From sequence record SRR20825006_1324: a DNA stretch of 51,896 nt, one strand, 5' to 3'. The position numbers and the translations under genes are program-made. Of this stretch, positions 49,630 through 51,896 are shown piece after piece. The notes below the pieces were generated by a model. It saw only the letters and a list, made by a program, of their open reading frames with translations, did no database searches and had not been told where the DNA came from. Position 1 is the stretch's first letter. Each line of letters begins with the position of its first letter.

Positions 49630-50727
49630 ATGGTAACTGAGGTAATCAATTCAAACGAACTTCATAAAATAGACCCGGTATTCGGGCAAATGTCTTTTGA
49701 CAATCACGAGCAAATCGTTTTTTGTAATGACAAAGATACTGGTTTAAAAGCAATAATTGGTATTCATAATACTGTTTTGGGGCCAGCTTTAGGCGGTACT
49801 AGAATGTGGAATTACACCAACGAATGGGAAGCATTAAACGATGTGCTTCGTCTTTCAAGAGGGATGACGTATAAAAGTGCAATCACAGGTTTAAACCTTG
49901 GTGGTGGAAAAGCAGTATTGATTGGGGATGCTAAAACTCAAAAAACGCCTGAACTTATGTTGCGTTTTGGAGAATTTGTACATTCATTAGGAGGAAAATA
50001 TATTACCGCCGAAGATGTAGGAATGGCAACTTCAGATATGGATTTGGTACGAACAGTTACACCATATGTAACTGGTATTTCAGAATCTAAAGGTGGCGCA
50101 GGAAATCCTTCGCCAATTACTGCATACGGTGTATTTATGGGGATGAAAGCAGCTGCTAAATATGCCTTCGGAACAGATATTCTTGAAGATAGAGTGGTAT
50201 ACGTTCAAGGAATTGGAAATGTAGGAGAAGCATTGGTAGAAAACCTAAGTAACGAAGGTGCTAAAGTGTATATCTCAGATATAAACCAAGCACGTTTGGA
50301 AGAAGTACGCGATAAGTATAGCGTTCAGATTTATGAAGGAAAAAATATATATGCTGAAAAAATGGACATCTATGCACCTTGTGCTTTGGGCGCAACTGTA
50401 AATGATGTTACTATTAATCAGCTAAACGCAAAGGTTATTGCTGGTGCAGCAAACAATCAGTTGGCAGAAGAAATTAAACACGGGCAAATGCTTCGTGAAA
50501 AAGGAATTGTATACGCACCAGACTTTTTAATAAATGCCGGTGGAATTATAAACGTATATGCAGAATTAGAAAATTATGACCGAAAGGAAATAATTCGTAA
50601 GACTGAGAATATTTATAATACAACGCTAGAAATTTTAAAAAACGCTGAAACAAATAATATTACAACACATCAAGCGGCTTTTAATATTGCGCAGGCAAGA
50701 ATTGATGCAAGAAAAAGCGAAAAATAG
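49630..50727 (+). CDS. Glu/Leu/Phe/Val dehydrogenase (leucine dehydrogenase-like)
   Basis: LGPALGGTRM, RLSRGMTYK, GGGKAV, TAEDVG, GAANNQ and PDFLINAGG motifs. Confidence 0.93.
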   Translation: MVTEVINSNELHKIDPVFGQMSFDNHEQIVFCNDKDTGLKAIIGIHNTVLGPALGGTRMWNYTNEWEALNDVLRLSRGMTYKSAITGLNLGGGKAVLIGDAKTQKTPELMLRFGEFVHSLGGKYITAEDVGMATSDMDLVRTVTPYVTGISESKGGAGNPSPITAYGVFMGMKAAAKYAFGTDILEDRVVYVQGIGNVGEALVENLSNEGAKVYISDINQARLEEVRDKYSVQIYEGKNIYAEKMDIYAPCALGATVNDVTINQLNAKVIAGAANNQLAEEIKHGQMLREKGIVYAPDFLINAGGIINVYAELENYDRKEIIRKTENIYNTTLEILKNAETNNITTHQAAFNIAQARIDARKSEK

Positions 50728-50748
50728 TTTTCAGTTTTCATAAAACAC

Positions 50749-50756
50749 TATCTTTG
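50749..50756 (+). promoter_or_regulatory. -7 element (TATCTTTG) for nusB
   Basis: Exact TAnnTTTG directly abutting the downstream hairpin. Confidence 0.7.
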
Positions 50757-50791
50757 CAACGCACAAGAGATTTCTTGTGCGTTGTTTCTTT
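50757..50791 (+). terminator. Perfect 12-bp hairpin with U-rich tail: terminator of the dehydrogenase and/or nusB leader structure
   Basis: CAACGCACAAGA-GATT-TCTTGTGCGTTG followed by TTTCTTT. Confidence 0.75.
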
Positions 50792-50809
50792 AAAATAGTT
50801 CTTTCAAAA
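50785..50809 (+). promoter_or_regulatory. Two tandem boxA-like motifs in the nusB leader
   Basis: TTTCTTTAAAA (50785-50795) and GTTCTTTCAAA (50798-50808), each one mismatch from GYTCTTTAANA. Confidence 0.55.
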
Positions 50810-50815
50810 ACAAAT

Positions 50816-51760
50816 ATGCTTACAAGAAGACATATCAGAGTAAAAGTTTTACAATCCATTTACGCCTATAACCAGCGTGAAAATCCGAATATAAATTCGC
50901 AAGAAAAATTTTTACATCACAGTATCGACCAGATGTTGGATCTGTATTTATTAATGCTACAATTATTAGTTGCATTACAAAACCAAGCAGAAAGTTTTCT
51001 TTCACGCTCCCAAAAGAAACATTTAGCCACTGCATTAGAGAAAAATCCTTCCCGCATTTTTGTGGATAATAAATTGTTAAATATTATAGCTTCAAACACC
51101 ACGTTTATAGATATAATTGAAAAGAAAAAACTCGATTATTGGCAGCTAGATGGCGAGTATGTGAATATAATTTTTAATGAGTTGCGCCAGTTAGATTGGT
51201 ACCAGCAATACCTTTCAAAAAGTGAAACAACATTTAAGGATGATAAGGATTTTGTATTAAAACTCTATAAAGAAGTTATTGCACCAAATGATAAGCTTTA
51301 TGAATATTTGGAAGATAAACGCCTTACGTGGCTTGATGATTTTCCAATTGTAAATACTGCAATCGTTAAAATGTTGAGCAAACTTTCAGAAAAAAATGCT
51401 TCTTCACTTCTAGTTCCAGCATTGTATAAAAACGATGAAGACCGTGAATATGCAATACAACTTTTTAGAAAAGTAGTGCTTAATGAAGCTAAACTCAATG
51501 CACAAATAGAAGGGAAAACACCCAATTGGGATCAGGAACGTATTGCCGATATCGATTTAATTATTTTGAAAATGGGAATTGCTGAATTTCTATATTTCCC
51601 ATCCATTCCTGTGCGTGCAACTATTAATGAGTATTTGGAGGTTTCAAAGGAATATTCAACCCCGAAAAGTAGTATTTTCGTTAATGGAATTTTAGATAAA
51701 ATTGTTAAAGAATATACCGAAAGTGGCGATCTTAATAAAATTGGTCGCGGGCTTCAATAA
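50816..51760 (+). CDS. nusB: Transcription antitermination factor NusB (long Bacteroidota type)
   Basis: RRHIRVKVLQSIYAY at the N-terminus; NWDQERIADID...INEYLEVSKEYS...FVNGILD at the C-terminus. ATG 50816 preferred. Confidence 0.95.
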   Translation: MLTRRHIRVKVLQSIYAYNQRENPNINSQEKFLHHSIDQMLDLYLLMLQLLVALQNQAESFLSRSQKKHLATALEKNPSRIFVDNKLLNIIASNTTFIDIIEKKKLDYWQLDGEYVNIIFNELRQLDWYQQYLSKSETTFKDDKDFVLKLYKEVIAPNDKLYEYLEDKRLTWLDDFPIVNTAIVKMLSKLSEKNASSLLVPALYKNDEDREYAIQLFRKVVLNEAKLNAQIEGKTPNWDQERIADIDLIILKMGIAEFLYFPSIPVRATINEYLEVSKEYSTPKSSIFVNGILDKIVKEYTESGDLNKIGRGLQ

Positions 51761-51775
51761 AAGTAAAAAAATCCC

Positions 51776-51783
51776 TATTTTTG
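51776..51783 (+). promoter_or_regulatory. -7 element (TATTTTTG) for the terminal lipoprotein gene
   Basis: TAnnTTTG 32 nt upstream of ATG 51816. Confidence 0.6.
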
Positions 51784-51815
51784 GCGTGCTAAAAAACATA
51801 AAAAATTTAATTATC

Positions 51816-51896
51816 ATGAAAAAATCAGTTTTAATAGTTGCAATTCTATCTGTATTTGCCTTTTCTTCTTGTAAAGAAAATGCAGCAGACAAAGTA
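51816..51896 (+). CDS. Lipoprotein, 5' end only (possibly the DUF1573 protein that commonly follows nusB in Bacteroidota)
   Basis: MKKSVLIVAILSVFAFSSCKENAADKV with an FSSC lipobox. Family guessed from synteny only. Confidence 0.7.
   Translation, partial: MKKSVLIVAILSVFAFSSCKENAADKV

Overview
AT-rich chromosomal window from a Bacteroidota bacterium, almost certainly Flavobacteriaceae. Evidence: TAnnTTTG -7 promoter boxes, no Shine-Dalgarno motifs, four T9SS cargo proteins, and the ldh-nusB-lipoprotein and pyrG-yidC-mnmA gene orders. It holds about 44 real CDS (two truncated by the window edges), mostly core genome: sucC (partial), lysA, csp, FabK-like, mnmA, yidC, pyrG, guaA, bshC, meaB, ohr, csaA, sulP, Leu dehydrogenase, nusB. 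It also carries secreted hydrolases (M36, S8, M14, DUF1028) and envelope modules. I see no rRNA, tRNA, CRISPR array, transposase, integrase or phage gene. Best leads, all read by eye and untested: (1) a hairpin plus two tandem boxA-like motifs directly before the nusB start, suggesting NusB autoregulation; (2) an ECF sigma/anti-sigma/LiaX-like operon whose ATTGYAAC-N16-CGTC promoter recurs ~7 kb away before an ABC exporter; (3) an epimerase/GT2/double-LAB_N/ArnT module resembling rhizobial lipid A galacturonosylation, with a candidate new flippase; (4) phased TTTTATGA repeats before the M36 protease; (5) a probably leaderless guaA mRNA. Family calls come from recognised motifs, not database searches.
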